Assembly (NCBI GenBank): GCA_902521325.1
Contig: CABYRE010000001.1
Location: forward strand, 22,917-86,916
Source: an uncultured Alphaproteobacteria bacterium
GTDB taxonomy: Bacteria; Pseudomonadota; Alphaproteobacteria; HIMB59; GCA-002718135
Length of the DNA: 64,000 bases
Direction: 5' to 3'
A program made the position numbers and the translations under genes. Under the pieces are notes generated by a model that had not been told where the DNA came from, made no database searches, and was given only the letters and a program-made list of their open reading frames with translations. The first letter of the stretch is position 1. Every line of letters starts with the position of its first letter. Below, piece after piece: positions 49,254 through 57,924 of the stretch.

Positions 49254-49827
49254 TATTAAAGATGAAAAATCAATTATTAGAAAAAAACAAAAAATTATAA
49301 GAGATAAGATTTATAATAATAAATCATCTCATTTTGCTTTATCTTTGTTTAATAAACTTTTTGAAAAAATTAACTTTCAAGAAATTAATATAGTATCTAG
49401 TTTTATTTCTATAAATTCTGAGATAAATACAAGAGAGCTTAACAATCTTATCTTTATTAAAAATAAAATTTTATGTCTTCCTGTAATTGAGAAAAAAAAT
49501 AGTCATTTAATCTTTAAGCAATTTAAGAGTGAAGAGAATTTTGTAAAAGGATATATGAATATATCAGAGCCTCAAAATAATAATAAAATTTTAAATCCTG
49601 AATTAATTTTTGTTCCTTGTTTAGCTTTTGATAATAAGGGAAATAGATTAGGTTATGGTGGAGGTTATTATGACAGGACTTTTGCTTATTTAAAGCAAAT
49701 TAATCATAGATTTATTTCTGTAGCCTATGCATATGAAGAACAAAAGTTAGATTACATACCCATAGATAAATTTGATTTTAAAGTTGATTATGTTATTACT
49801 GAAAAAAATTTATATAGCTTTCAATGA
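49246..49827 (+). CDS. 5-formyltetrahydrofolate cyclo-ligase
   Basis: 193 aa: K..IRKK...IRD, PELIFVPCLAFDNKGNRLGYGGGYYDRTF, D...D.VITE. It overlaps zapA by 8 nt. Confidence 0.8.
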   Translation: MNNIKDEKSIIRKKQKIIRDKIYNNKSSHFALSLFNKLFEKINFQEINIVSSFISINSEINTRELNNLIFIKNKILCLPVIEKKNSHLIFKQFKSEENFVKGYMNISEPQNNNKILNPELIFVPCLAFDNKGNRLGYGGGYYDRTFAYLKQINHRFISVAYAYEEQKLDYIPIDKFDFKVDYVITEKNLYSFQ

Positions 49828-50615
49828 AAATTCTTTTTATAGGTGATATTGTAGGTAAGGCGTCACGAAAAAAAATTAAAGAAATTATCCCAACACTAAA
49901 ATCTAAATACAATACAGACATTATTATTGCTAATGGTGAGAATGCTACTTCTGGTTATGGACTGTCAAAAAAGGATGCAGAAGAATTATTTTCCAGCGGA
50001 TTAAATCTACTTACACTTGGGAATCATGCGTGGGATCAAAGAGATATGCTTTCTTATATTGAAGAAAATCCAAAAATAATAAGAGCTTTGAATTACCCTC
50101 ACGGTGTTCCTGGAAAAGGATATTATAAGCTTGAACTTTTAAATGGAAAAAAAATTATCGTAGTACAAGTAATGCTAAGGTTATTTATGAATTTATCATT
50201 AGATGACCCATTTAAAAGTATAATTGAATTTCTTCAAAAAGAAAAATTAGGTAGCACGTGTGACGGCATAATAATTGATATGCATGGTGAGGCAACTTCT
50301 GAAAAAAAAGCATTTGGATATTATGTCGATGGACAAGTTACGGCAGTTTTAGGTACACATACCCATGTGCCAACAGCAGACAGTGTTATTTTACCAAAAG
50401 GTACAGCATATCAAACAGATGTTGGAATGTCAGGTGATTATAATTCAATAATTGGTTTCGATATAGATAATCCAATCCATGGATTTGTTAAGGGGTATAG
50501 GGCTGAAGGTAGATTTACACCTGCTACTGAAAACATAACTATATGTGGAGCTTTAATTGAAATTGATATTAATACTGGTTTAGCCAAAAATATCACCCCA
50601 ATTCAAGAGACATAA
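49824..50615 (+). CDS. YmdB-family metallophosphoesterase (TIGR00282)
   Basis: 263 aa: MKILFIGDIVGKASRK, IANGENATSGYGLS, LGNHAWDQ, DMHGEATSEK, GTHTHVPTAD. Confidence 0.85.
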   Translation: MKILFIGDIVGKASRKKIKEIIPTLKSKYNTDIIIANGENATSGYGLSKKDAEELFSSGLNLLTLGNHAWDQRDMLSYIEENPKIIRALNYPHGVPGKGYYKLELLNGKKIIVVQVMLRLFMNLSLDDPFKSIIEFLQKEKLGSTCDGIIIDMHGEATSEKKAFGYYVDGQVTAVLGTHTHVPTADSVILPKGTAYQTDVGMSGDYNSIIGFDIDNPIHGFVKGYRAEGRFTPATENITICGALIEIDINTGLAKNITPIQET

Positions 50616-50694
50616 TTTACATATATTAGACACATTTATCTAATATTTTATATCTTTACTAACATCGGATGAAATATTTATAATTCTACTCCAA

Positions 50695-51444
50695 ATGGCA
50701 GGACACTCAAAGTTTAAAAATATTATGCATCGAAAAGGTGCTCAAGATAAAAAAAGAGCAAAAGTATTTTCAAGACTAGGAAGAGAAATATCTGTAGCAG
50801 TCAAAGTCGGGGGTGATGATATCGAAAGTAATATTAGGTTAAGATCTGCAATCGCTTCAGCCAAGTCTCTCAATATGCCAAAAGATAACATTGAGCGAGC
50901 AATTAAAAAAGGTCAAGGGAATGATCCTGATAGTAATTATGAAGAAGTAAGATATGAGGGGTATGGTCCTGAAGGCATTGCAATAATAGTTGAGGCACTT
51001 ACAAATAATAAAAATAGAACAGCTGCGGAGATTAGATCATCTTTTAGTAAACATGGAGGTAATTTGGGTGAAACAGGAAGCGTTAGTTTTGGTTTTGACA
51101 GATTAGGAAATATCACTGTCGATAAAAACTTAGTAAAAGAAGATCAACTTTTAGAATTTCTTATTGAAAATAATAGTGAAGATTATGAAATTAATGACAC
51201 AGAATATTCAATATACTGTGATCAAAACGATTTGCATGAACTTAATGATAAATTAATTAAAGAGTATGGTCAGACTAATTCTGCAAATTTAATTTGGAAA
51301 AGTAAAAATAATATAAATATTGGAAAAGATACAGCAGACAAACTATTTAAATTACTTGAAGTTTTAGAAGACAATGACGACGTTCAAGTTGTATCATCAA
51401 ATTTTGAAGTTGACGATAATGTTTTATCTTCACTGACAGCCTAA
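50695..51444 (+). CDS. yebC: YebC/PmpR family DNA-binding transcriptional regulator
   Basis: 249 aa: MAGHSKFKNIMHRKGAQDKKRAKVFSRLGREISVAVK, YEGYGPEGIAIIVEALTNNKNRTAAEIR. Confidence 0.9.
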   Translation: MAGHSKFKNIMHRKGAQDKKRAKVFSRLGREISVAVKVGGDDIESNIRLRSAIASAKSLNMPKDNIERAIKKGQGNDPDSNYEEVRYEGYGPEGIAIIVEALTNNKNRTAAEIRSSFSKHGGNLGETGSVSFGFDRLGNITVDKNLVKEDQLLEFLIENNSEDYEINDTEYSIYCDQNDLHELNDKLIKEYGQTNSANLIWKSKNNINIGKDTADKLFKLLEVLEDNDDVQVVSSNFEVDDNVLSSLTA

Positions 51445-51458
51445 TGAAAGGAATATAG

Positions 51459-51752
51459 ATGCCTGATAAAGCTTGGAAAAAAAGAGAAAGAGATGTTGCA
51501 AACTATTTTAATGGGAAAAGGACACCTTTGAGCGGGGGTAATGGTAAAGTAACAAGAGCTGATGTAATTCATGAAGACTTATTTATAGAATGTAAATTAA
51601 GAGCTAAGCATACAGCAATTAGTTTATGGGATGATACTGCAAAACTTGCCAAAGAAGAGGGCAAGACACCAGTAATAGCATTATGTGAAAAAAATAGACC
51701 AGGGTTTTGGGTTATGGTTCATAGTAGTGATCTTGAAAAAATTAAAAAATAA
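51459..51752 (+). CDS. small PD-(D/E)xK-type nuclease candidate (Hjc-like Holliday-junction-resolvase fold?)
   Basis: 97-aa ORF with an AAGGA SD 6 nt upstream, 14 nt after yebC and 5 nt before tolQ. The residue pattern E10 ... SGGNG(25-29) ... D35 ... E44-C-K46 is an E/D/ExK arrangement. Confidence 0.45.
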   Translation: MPDKAWKKRERDVANYFNGKRTPLSGGNGKVTRADVIHEDLFIECKLRAKHTAISLWDDTAKLAKEEGKTPVIALCEKNRPGFWVMVHSSDLEKIKK

Positions 51753-51757
51753 TTATT

Positions 51758-52471
51758 ATGGCAGATATTAATAGTACAAATTTATCGACAGAAGCTCCAG
51801 ATTTTTCAATGCTTGCTTTATTTATGCAAGCTGACCTTGTTGTCAAATCTGTAATTATAATTTTAATCCTAGCTTCTCTTTATTCTTGGAATGTAATTAT
51901 TTCAAAAATTTTAAGAATTAGACAATTAAAAAAACTTGAAAAAGAATTTGAAGATATTTTTTGGTCTGGAAATTCATTTGAAGATTTATATGAAACTTTA
52001 AATTTTAACCAGACAGATCCAAAGTCAAAGTTATTTTGTGCTGCAATTTTAGAGTGGAAAAAAAGTAAATCTCAATATGAAAATGATACTTCAGATATAA
52101 ATTCTTTAAAGGATAGAATGATGAGATCAATGACAGTTGTTTTTAATAAGGAAAGTGAAAATGTTGAAAGAAATTTAACTTTCCTCGCAACTGCTGGATC
52201 AACTGCACCGTTTATAGGATTGTTTGGAACAGTTTGGGGTATAATGAATAGTTTTAAATCTATCGCAATTGCACAAAATACTAATTTAGCAGTAGTTGCC
52301 CCAGGAATTGCAGAGGCGCTGTTTGCGACAGCATTAGGCCTTTTTGTAGCTATACCTGCGGTAGTTGCGTACAATAAAATTTCAAACGATTTATCAAAAT
52401 ACTTCATATCCTTGGAAACATTCATGGATGAATTCTCAACAATTTTTTTTAGACAACTAGAGAAAAAATAA
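51758..52471 (+). CDS. tolQ: Tol-Pal system protein TolQ
   Basis: 237 aa of the MotA/TolQ/ExbB family (LATAGSTAPFIGLFGTVWGIMNSF, APGIAEALFATALGL.VAIPAV..YN). Confidence 0.9.
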   Translation: MADINSTNLSTEAPDFSMLALFMQADLVVKSVIIILILASLYSWNVIISKILRIRQLKKLEKEFEDIFWSGNSFEDLYETLNFNQTDPKSKLFCAAILEWKKSKSQYENDTSDINSLKDRMMRSMTVVFNKESENVERNLTFLATAGSTAPFIGLFGTVWGIMNSFKSIAIAQNTNLAVVAPGIAEALFATALGLFVAIPAVVAYNKISNDLSKYFISLETFMDEFSTIFFRQLEKK

Positions 52472-52472
52472 A

Positions 52473-52901
52473 TTGATTACCTCAAATAATTTAAACAAAC
52501 GTAAGAAGCAAAGGTACACTCAAATGAGTGAAATTAACGTTACACCTTTTGTAGATGTTATGCTTGTTTTACTAATTGTTTTTATGGTTACTGCACCTCT
52601 TTTAACGGTTGGAATAAAAGTTGATTTACCAAAAGTTAAAGCTACTGCATTAACTGATATTAAAGACCCAATTGAGATAACTGTTAAATTAGACGGAGAA
52701 GTCTACATTGGAGAATCAAAGGTTGAAGTAGAAAATTTGATACCTCGACTAAACGCTATTACTGAACAAAATACAGAGGCAAGAATTTACATTCGTGGTG
52801 ATAAAGTAGTAGCTTATGGAAGAATTATGGAAATTATGTCCATAATAAATTCAGCAGGATATATTAAAGTTGCATTAATTACTCAAAATCTTGAGCAATA
52901 G
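52473..52901 (+). CDS. tolR: Tol-Pal system protein TolR
   Basis: 142 aa of the ExbD/TolR family (MSEINVTPFVDVMLVLLIVFMVTAP). The track start is TTG at 52473; ATG 52524 is an alternative. Confidence 0.85.
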   Translation: MITSNNLNKRKKQRYTQMSEINVTPFVDVMLVLLIVFMVTAPLLTVGIKVDLPKVKATALTDIKDPIEITVKLDGEVYIGESKVEVENLIPRLNAITEQNTEARIYIRGDKVVAYGRIMEIMSIINSAGYIKVALITQNLEQ

Positions 52902-53972
52902 ATGGACCGTATAAGCTATAATAGTTTAAAAATAATAAATTTTTTTGAAAACTTAAATCCAAAAACATCCGGAGTTATTTTTTCAACACTAATACATTTA
53001 ATTATCCTTTTATTTATGGTTGGTTTGCCAAATTTTTTTTCTTCAAAAGAAATCTATGTTCCAAACATAATACCAATTGAAATACTTAATATTGATGAAA
53101 ATACAAATTTGAAAAAATCTGATACTGAAAAACCAGAAAACAAAAATAAAGAAACAATTAATAAGCAAAAAAAATTCAATTCATCAGATCAATTAGAAGT
53201 AAAAAAAAATGTTGAAATAAATAAAACTGAAATTGAAGAAAAAACTAATCCAAATCAACCAGTTTTGGAAATGAAACAAAATCCAAATTTAGAAGTTAAG
53301 GAAACAAAAAAAGTAGTTATCAAAGAAAAAGAAATTTTAGAGGTTAAGAAAAAAGTAGAAACATTTAAAACTGATATAATTAAACCAAAACTCAAACCAA
53401 AGCCAAAAATTATAAATAATGAAAATATTAAATCAGATTTAGATATTGAAACAAACATAAAGGACAAACCAAAGTTGGAAAATGATAAGACCATATCTAA
53501 ACCAATGCCAAAACCCGAAAAAGATTTTAGTATAGCATCAATGCTTAAAGATTTAAGAAATGAAAAAACAAATATGGTTCAAAATGAGGTCAAAGAAGAG
53601 GTAGAAGAAGTTGATAATAAAAGTACAGATGATACTGATGACAGTGTAATGCTATCAATATCTGAAATAGATATGTTGAGGCAGCAATTATCTTCTTGTT
53701 GGAATGCACCAGCAGGTGCAGTTATAGAAAGAGGAGATAAAGTAACAATTTCAGCAAAAGTACTACAAAATATGAAGGTTTCTCCAAATAGTATCCGCAT
53801 TGTTGACACAAATATAACTAAAACTAATCCATTTTATGGACCAATCACAGATAGTGCAATGAGAACACTTTTAAATCCAGAATGTACACCGTTAAAACTT
53901 CCAAAAGATAAATATAATCTATGGAAAAATCTTACAATTACTTTTGATTATAGTATTATGAAGGGATATTGA
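52902..53972 (+). CDS. tolA: TolA-like cell envelope integrity protein
   Basis: 356 aa with an N-terminal TM anchor, a long Lys/Glu/Pro-rich low-complexity linker (KPKLKPKPK), and a C-terminal domain with LSSCWNAPAG. It sits between tolR and tolB. Confidence 0.65.
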   Translation: MDRISYNSLKIINFFENLNPKTSGVIFSTLIHLIILLFMVGLPNFFSSKEIYVPNIIPIEILNIDENTNLKKSDTEKPENKNKETINKQKKFNSSDQLEVKKNVEINKTEIEEKTNPNQPVLEMKQNPNLEVKETKKVVIKEKEILEVKKKVETFKTDIIKPKLKPKPKIINNENIKSDLDIETNIKDKPKLENDKTISKPMPKPEKDFSIASMLKDLRNEKTNMVQNEVKEEVEEVDNKSTDDTDDSVMLSISEIDMLRQQLSSCWNAPAGAVIERGDKVTISAKVLQNMKVSPNSIRIVDTNITKTNPFYGPITDSAMRTLLNPECTPLKLPKDKYNLWKNLTITFDYSIMKGY

Positions 53973-55288
53973 TGAAAAAAGTTTTCTTAATACCCCTTTT
54001 TTTATTTGCAAGTTTTAAAGTCCATTCATTAGAAGTGACTCTAACACAGGGTAGTGTCAAGCCAACTCCAATAGCTGTGACTGAGCTATACTCAAAAAAT
54101 TCACAATTAACTAAAGTAGGTAAAAATATTTCAACTGTTATTTCAGATAACTTAGAAAGATCTGGACTTTTTTTACCTATTGATCAAAGATCATTTATTC
54201 AAGATAATGAATCATTGGCTAACAAGCCAAGATTTGAAGATTGGAAATTAATTAAGGCTCAACATTTAGTTTCTGGAAAAATCTCAACAAGTAATGGCAA
54301 ATTATCGGTAGAATTTAGATTGTTTGATGTATTTCAACAAAAACAAATAGTGGGAAAAAAATATGAGACCAATGAAAAAAATTGGAGAAGAGTTGCTCAT
54401 ATTATTTCAGATTCCATTTTTAAAAATATCACAGGAGAAGGAGGTTACTTCGATACAAGAATAGTGTACGTTGCTGAAACAGGTCCAAAAGATAATAAGC
54501 AAAAAAGATTAGCAATAATGGATCAAGATCAATCAAATCATCGTTTTTTAACAGATGGTTCGTACTTAGTTTTAACCCCAAGGTTTTCTCCTAACTCTCA
54601 AAAAATTACTTATATGTCTTATGTAAATAGAAATAATCCCCGAGTTTATATTTTTGATATTGAAACTGGTAAGCAAGAAATTGTAGGAGAATTTCCAGGA
54701 ATGACTTTTGCCCCACGTTTCTCACCTGATGGTAATCAAATAGTCATGTCTTACACAGACCCAGAAATTGGTAATTCAGAAATTTATATTCTTGATCTAA
54801 AAACAAGAATTTCAAAAAGAGTTACTAATAATTCTTCAATAGATGTTTCTGCAAGTTTTTCACCTGACGGTAAAAAAATAGTTTTTAATTCGGATAGAAG
54901 TGGAAGAAGGCATTTGTATGTAAGTGATAATAATGGAAAAAATATAAAAAGAATTAGCAGGGAAGCAGGAAGTTACTACACACCCGTTTGGTCTCCAAGA
55001 GGTGATATGATTGCATTCACTAAACAAGAGGGAGGCCAATTTTATATAGGTGTTATGGAAGTTGATGGTTCTAATGAAAGAATGATTGCAAAATCGTTCC
55101 ATGTTGAGGGCCCTACATGGGCTCCAAATGGCAGATTTTTAATGTATTTTAAAGAAGAGAGAACAGCTGAAGATGGTTCAGGAGGTGAATCCAGTCTATA
55201 TTCTATTGATTTAACTGGATTTAATGAAAGAAAAGTAATAACTCCCTTAGGAGGTTCTGATCCAGCTTGGTCTCCTTTGATGCATTAA
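53969..55288 (+). CDS. tolB: Tol-Pal system beta-propeller protein TolB
   Basis: 439 aa with a signal peptide and repeated P.FSPDG..I.F propeller blades (PRFSPNSQKITYMSY, PRFSPDGNQIVMSY, ASFSPDGKKIVFNSDRSG, PVWSPRGDMIAF, PTWAPNGRFLMY). Confidence 0.9.
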   Translation: MMKKVFLIPLFLFASFKVHSLEVTLTQGSVKPTPIAVTELYSKNSQLTKVGKNISTVISDNLERSGLFLPIDQRSFIQDNESLANKPRFEDWKLIKAQHLVSGKISTSNGKLSVEFRLFDVFQQKQIVGKKYETNEKNWRRVAHIISDSIFKNITGEGGYFDTRIVYVAETGPKDNKQKRLAIMDQDQSNHRFLTDGSYLVLTPRFSPNSQKITYMSYVNRNNPRVYIFDIETGKQEIVGEFPGMTFAPRFSPDGNQIVMSYTDPEIGNSEIYILDLKTRISKRVTNNSSIDVSASFSPDGKKIVFNSDRSGRRHLYVSDNNGKNIKRISREAGSYYTPVWSPRGDMIAFTKQEGGQFYIGVMEVDGSNERMIAKSFHVEGPTWAPNGRFLMYFKEERTAEDGSGGESSLYSIDLTGFNERKVITPLGGSDPAWSPLMH

Positions 55289-55388
55289 TTCAATATAATA
55301 CAAAAAAATATACGAAATTTTGAAAAAAATGTTAAGGAATTCGGTATAATTTAGTATATCTACTCAAAGTATTAAGGGAGCATTATTT

Positions 55389-55910
55389 ATGTTTTACAAG
55401 TTTTTTATCTCTATATTTATGATTCTGTTTGTTGCCGCTTGTGCAACGACACCAAAAGATTCAGCTGACTCTTCTGGATCAGGTTCAAGTAGTTCTGGAA
55501 GCGATGTTTCTTCAGAAGGCTCTATTACTGAAACTGCAGGAAGTGGAATAGTTTCTGGATCACAAGAAGATTTAATAGTTAATGTCGGTGATAGAGTATT
55601 TTTTGGATATGATAGTTCAGATTTAGACTCTGACGCTCTAGAGTTACTTCAAGATCAAGTTGCGTGGCTTAAACAAAATAGTGATGTGTCTGTAACAATT
55701 GAAGGACACTGTGACGAAAGAGGAACCAGAGAGTACAATTTGGCTCTTGGTGAAAAAAGAGCTCAAGCTGTTAAAAATTATCTAATTGGATTAGGAATAA
55801 ATCCTGATAGAGTTTCAACTATTAGTTATGGTAAAGAAAGACCTGCCGTTGTAGGATCAAATGATGGAGCCTGGGCTCAAAATAGAAGATCAGTAACTTT
55901 AGTTAATTAG
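55389..55910 (+). CDS. pal: peptidoglycan-associated lipoprotein Pal
   Basis: 173 aa with lipobox FVAAC, a Ser/Gly-rich linker, and an OmpA-like domain (VTIEGHCDERGTREYNLALGEKRAQAVKNYL, NRRSV). Confidence 0.9.
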   Translation: MFYKFFISIFMILFVAACATTPKDSADSSGSGSSSSGSDVSSEGSITETAGSGIVSGSQEDLIVNVGDRVFFGYDSSDLDSDALELLQDQVAWLKQNSDVSVTIEGHCDERGTREYNLALGEKRAQAVKNYLIGLGINPDRVSTISYGKERPAVVGSNDGAWAQNRRSVTLVN

Positions 55911-55929
55911 TTATTATTCCTTAATACTT

Positions 55930-55960
55930 TGGCGCTATAGAAATATAGCGCCACATTTTT
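55930..55960 (+). terminator. intrinsic terminator after pal
   Basis: tggcgctata-gaaa-tatagcgcca forms a 10-bp stem with a 4-nt loop, followed by cattttta. Confidence 0.65.
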
Positions 55961-55987
55961 ATCTCAATTAGAAATTAAAATCAGTTA

Positions 55988-56905
55988 ATGTTCAAATACA
56001 TACTCACAATTTTAATTCTATTTTTTTCAAGCTATTCTTTTTCTAATGAAAGTGATCTAACTATCTCCCAACAATTAGAAAGATTACAAAGAGAAGTCTC
56101 AGATCTTTCAAAAGAAGTATTTTCAAATTCACCAAATCAATCAAATGGAACAAATAATGATTTCGTTAAAAATCTTTCCGCTATCGATTTGCGAATATAT
56201 GATATTGAAAATGATTTAAAAAATTTAACTTCTAATTTAGAAGAATTGTATTTTCAATTAGACGATATCTTTAATAAATTAGAAAATTTAGAATTAGTTA
56301 TTAATAATTTCCAATCAGTTCCTTTAAATAATGTTGAAATAAATACTGATGAAGCTTCACAAGAAAGTTCTGAAGTTATAAGCAATACTTTAAGTGATAC
56401 TGAAACAGAAAATACACTTGGAACATTAAATATTTCAAAAAACACAAATGATACAAATGGAGAAGTTATATCTGAAGACCAGGAAGTAAATTCTAATGAA
56501 AAAGAAGAGGTCTTATCACCTGAAGATCAATTCCAGGTAGCGTTTGATAATATAAGAGATAAAAAATGGCAGGATGCTAAAACTTCATTTGAACAGTTTA
56601 TTTCAGATAATCCTCAAAATCAATTATCAGGTTCAGCACATTATTGGCTTGGAGAATTATATATTCTAGAAAAAAATTATAGGGAGGCAGCACTTATATT
56701 TGCAGAAGGCTTCCAAAAATTCCCAGACAGTATTAAAGCTGCAGAAATGCTCTTTAAACTTTCTCAATCATTATACCAAGTTGATAAAACTAATGAAGCT
56801 TGTAAAACTATGGAAAAACTAATTATAGATTTTCCTAAAAATAAAATAATTCCTCAAACAAAAAAACAAATTGTAGATTATAATTGCTTAGAAAATAATG
56901 AATGA
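55988..56905 (+). CDS. cpoB: Tol-Pal system protein CpoB/YbgF
   Basis: 305 aa with a signal peptide, an N-terminal coiled coil, and a C-terminal TPR region (F..A...........A...F..F....P.....GSAHYWLGELY......Y.EAA..F......FPDS.KA.E.L.KL). Position after pal. Confidence 0.75.
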   Translation: MFKYILTILILFFSSYSFSNESDLTISQQLERLQREVSDLSKEVFSNSPNQSNGTNNDFVKNLSAIDLRIYDIENDLKNLTSNLEELYFQLDDIFNKLENLELVINNFQSVPLNNVEINTDEASQESSEVISNTLSDTETENTLGTLNISKNTNDTNGEVISEDQEVNSNEKEEVLSPEDQFQVAFDNIRDKKWQDAKTSFEQFISDNPQNQLSGSAHYWLGELYILEKNYREAALIFAEGFQKFPDSIKAAEMLFKLSQSLYQVDKTNEACKTMEKLIIDFPKNKIIPQTKKQIVDYNCLENNE

Positions 56906-57873
56906 AGCTTACAAATAAAGAATTCATTAAAATCATAGAAAAAAAATACACTTTTGAGAAAAACCCTTTGGTTGCTGTAGCAGTCTCTGGTGGTCCAGAC
57001 AGTATGTCATTATTATTCCTTGTTAATGCTTTTATAAAATACAAAAAAGGGAACCTGATTGCTTTAATTGTAAATCATCGTATTAGAAGAAATTCAAAAG
57101 AAGAAGCAAAATATGTTTCTACCTATCTGGATAAAAACAACATCAACTTTCAAATCCTAACTGTAGATAAAGATAATGTGACTAAGAAAAATATGAATGA
57201 AGCTAGAAATAACCGTTATAATTTACTTACAAAATTTTGTATTCAAAATAATATTTTGCATTTATTTGTTGCTCACCACAAAGACGATAATTTAGAAACT
57301 TTTTTAAATAGAAAAATTGCTGGCAGTGACTTTTATGGCTTAAAATCAATGTCAGAAATATTACTTTACAACAAAGTAAGTGTAATAAGACCACTTTTAA
57401 ATTTTTCTAAAGAAACATTATTAGACTACAATAAGAAAAACAAAATAGAATATATTAATGATCCATCAAATTTTAATATAGAATATACTCGTCCTATAAT
57501 AAGAAATTTTCTTAAAAAATCTGATAAAAAAATAATTAAAGAAATAAATAAAGATTTTGAGAATACACTTTTTTATTCACCATATTTCATTCAAATGATA
57601 TTTGAGATACTTCTTAAAAATATTGTTCATGTTGATAGTAAACAAATTGTTGTTAGCTTTCACAATATAAAAAATTTAAATGAAATTATTTCTGAAAATA
57701 TTATTCGAAGAATATATCAGTTTTTATTTTATCAATCTAACCCTCCTCGATCGAAAAAAACTAGAATCTTAATAAGTGAAATTAAGAAATCAAATTTTAA
57801 TTTTTTTAATGTCAAAGGTATGATTGTTAAAAAAAATGATGATTTTCTTACATTTTCAAGAAAATCTGTTTAA
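56902..57873 (+). CDS. tilS: tRNA(Ile)-lysidine synthase
   Basis: 323 aa with PP-loop VAVSGGPDSMSL and HHKDDNLETFL. It is shorter than E. coli TilS, as is common in small alphaproteobacterial genomes. Confidence 0.8.
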   Translation: MKLTNKEFIKIIEKKYTFEKNPLVAVAVSGGPDSMSLLFLVNAFIKYKKGNLIALIVNHRIRRNSKEEAKYVSTYLDKNNINFQILTVDKDNVTKKNMNEARNNRYNLLTKFCIQNNILHLFVAHHKDDNLETFLNRKIAGSDFYGLKSMSEILLYNKVSVIRPLLNFSKETLLDYNKKNKIEYINDPSNFNIEYTRPIIRNFLKKSDKKIIKEINKDFENTLFYSPYFIQMIFEILLKNIVHVDSKQIVVSFHNIKNLNEIISENIIRRIYQFLFYQSNPPRSKKTRILISEIKKSNFNFFNVKGMIVKKNDDFLTFSRKSV

Positions 57874-57924
57874 TTTTCTACAAAACTATTGTGTTTTTAT
57901 AATAAATTCCTATGTATAAAGGAG

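Noticed and set aside
55320-55350. TTGAAA ... TATAAT sigma70-like promoter upstream of pal
   Set aside because: The spacer is 19 nt, which is outside the usual 16-18 nt. Such hexamers are frequent in AT-rich DNA, and pal is probably also transcribed from the tol operon. I did not report it as a feature.
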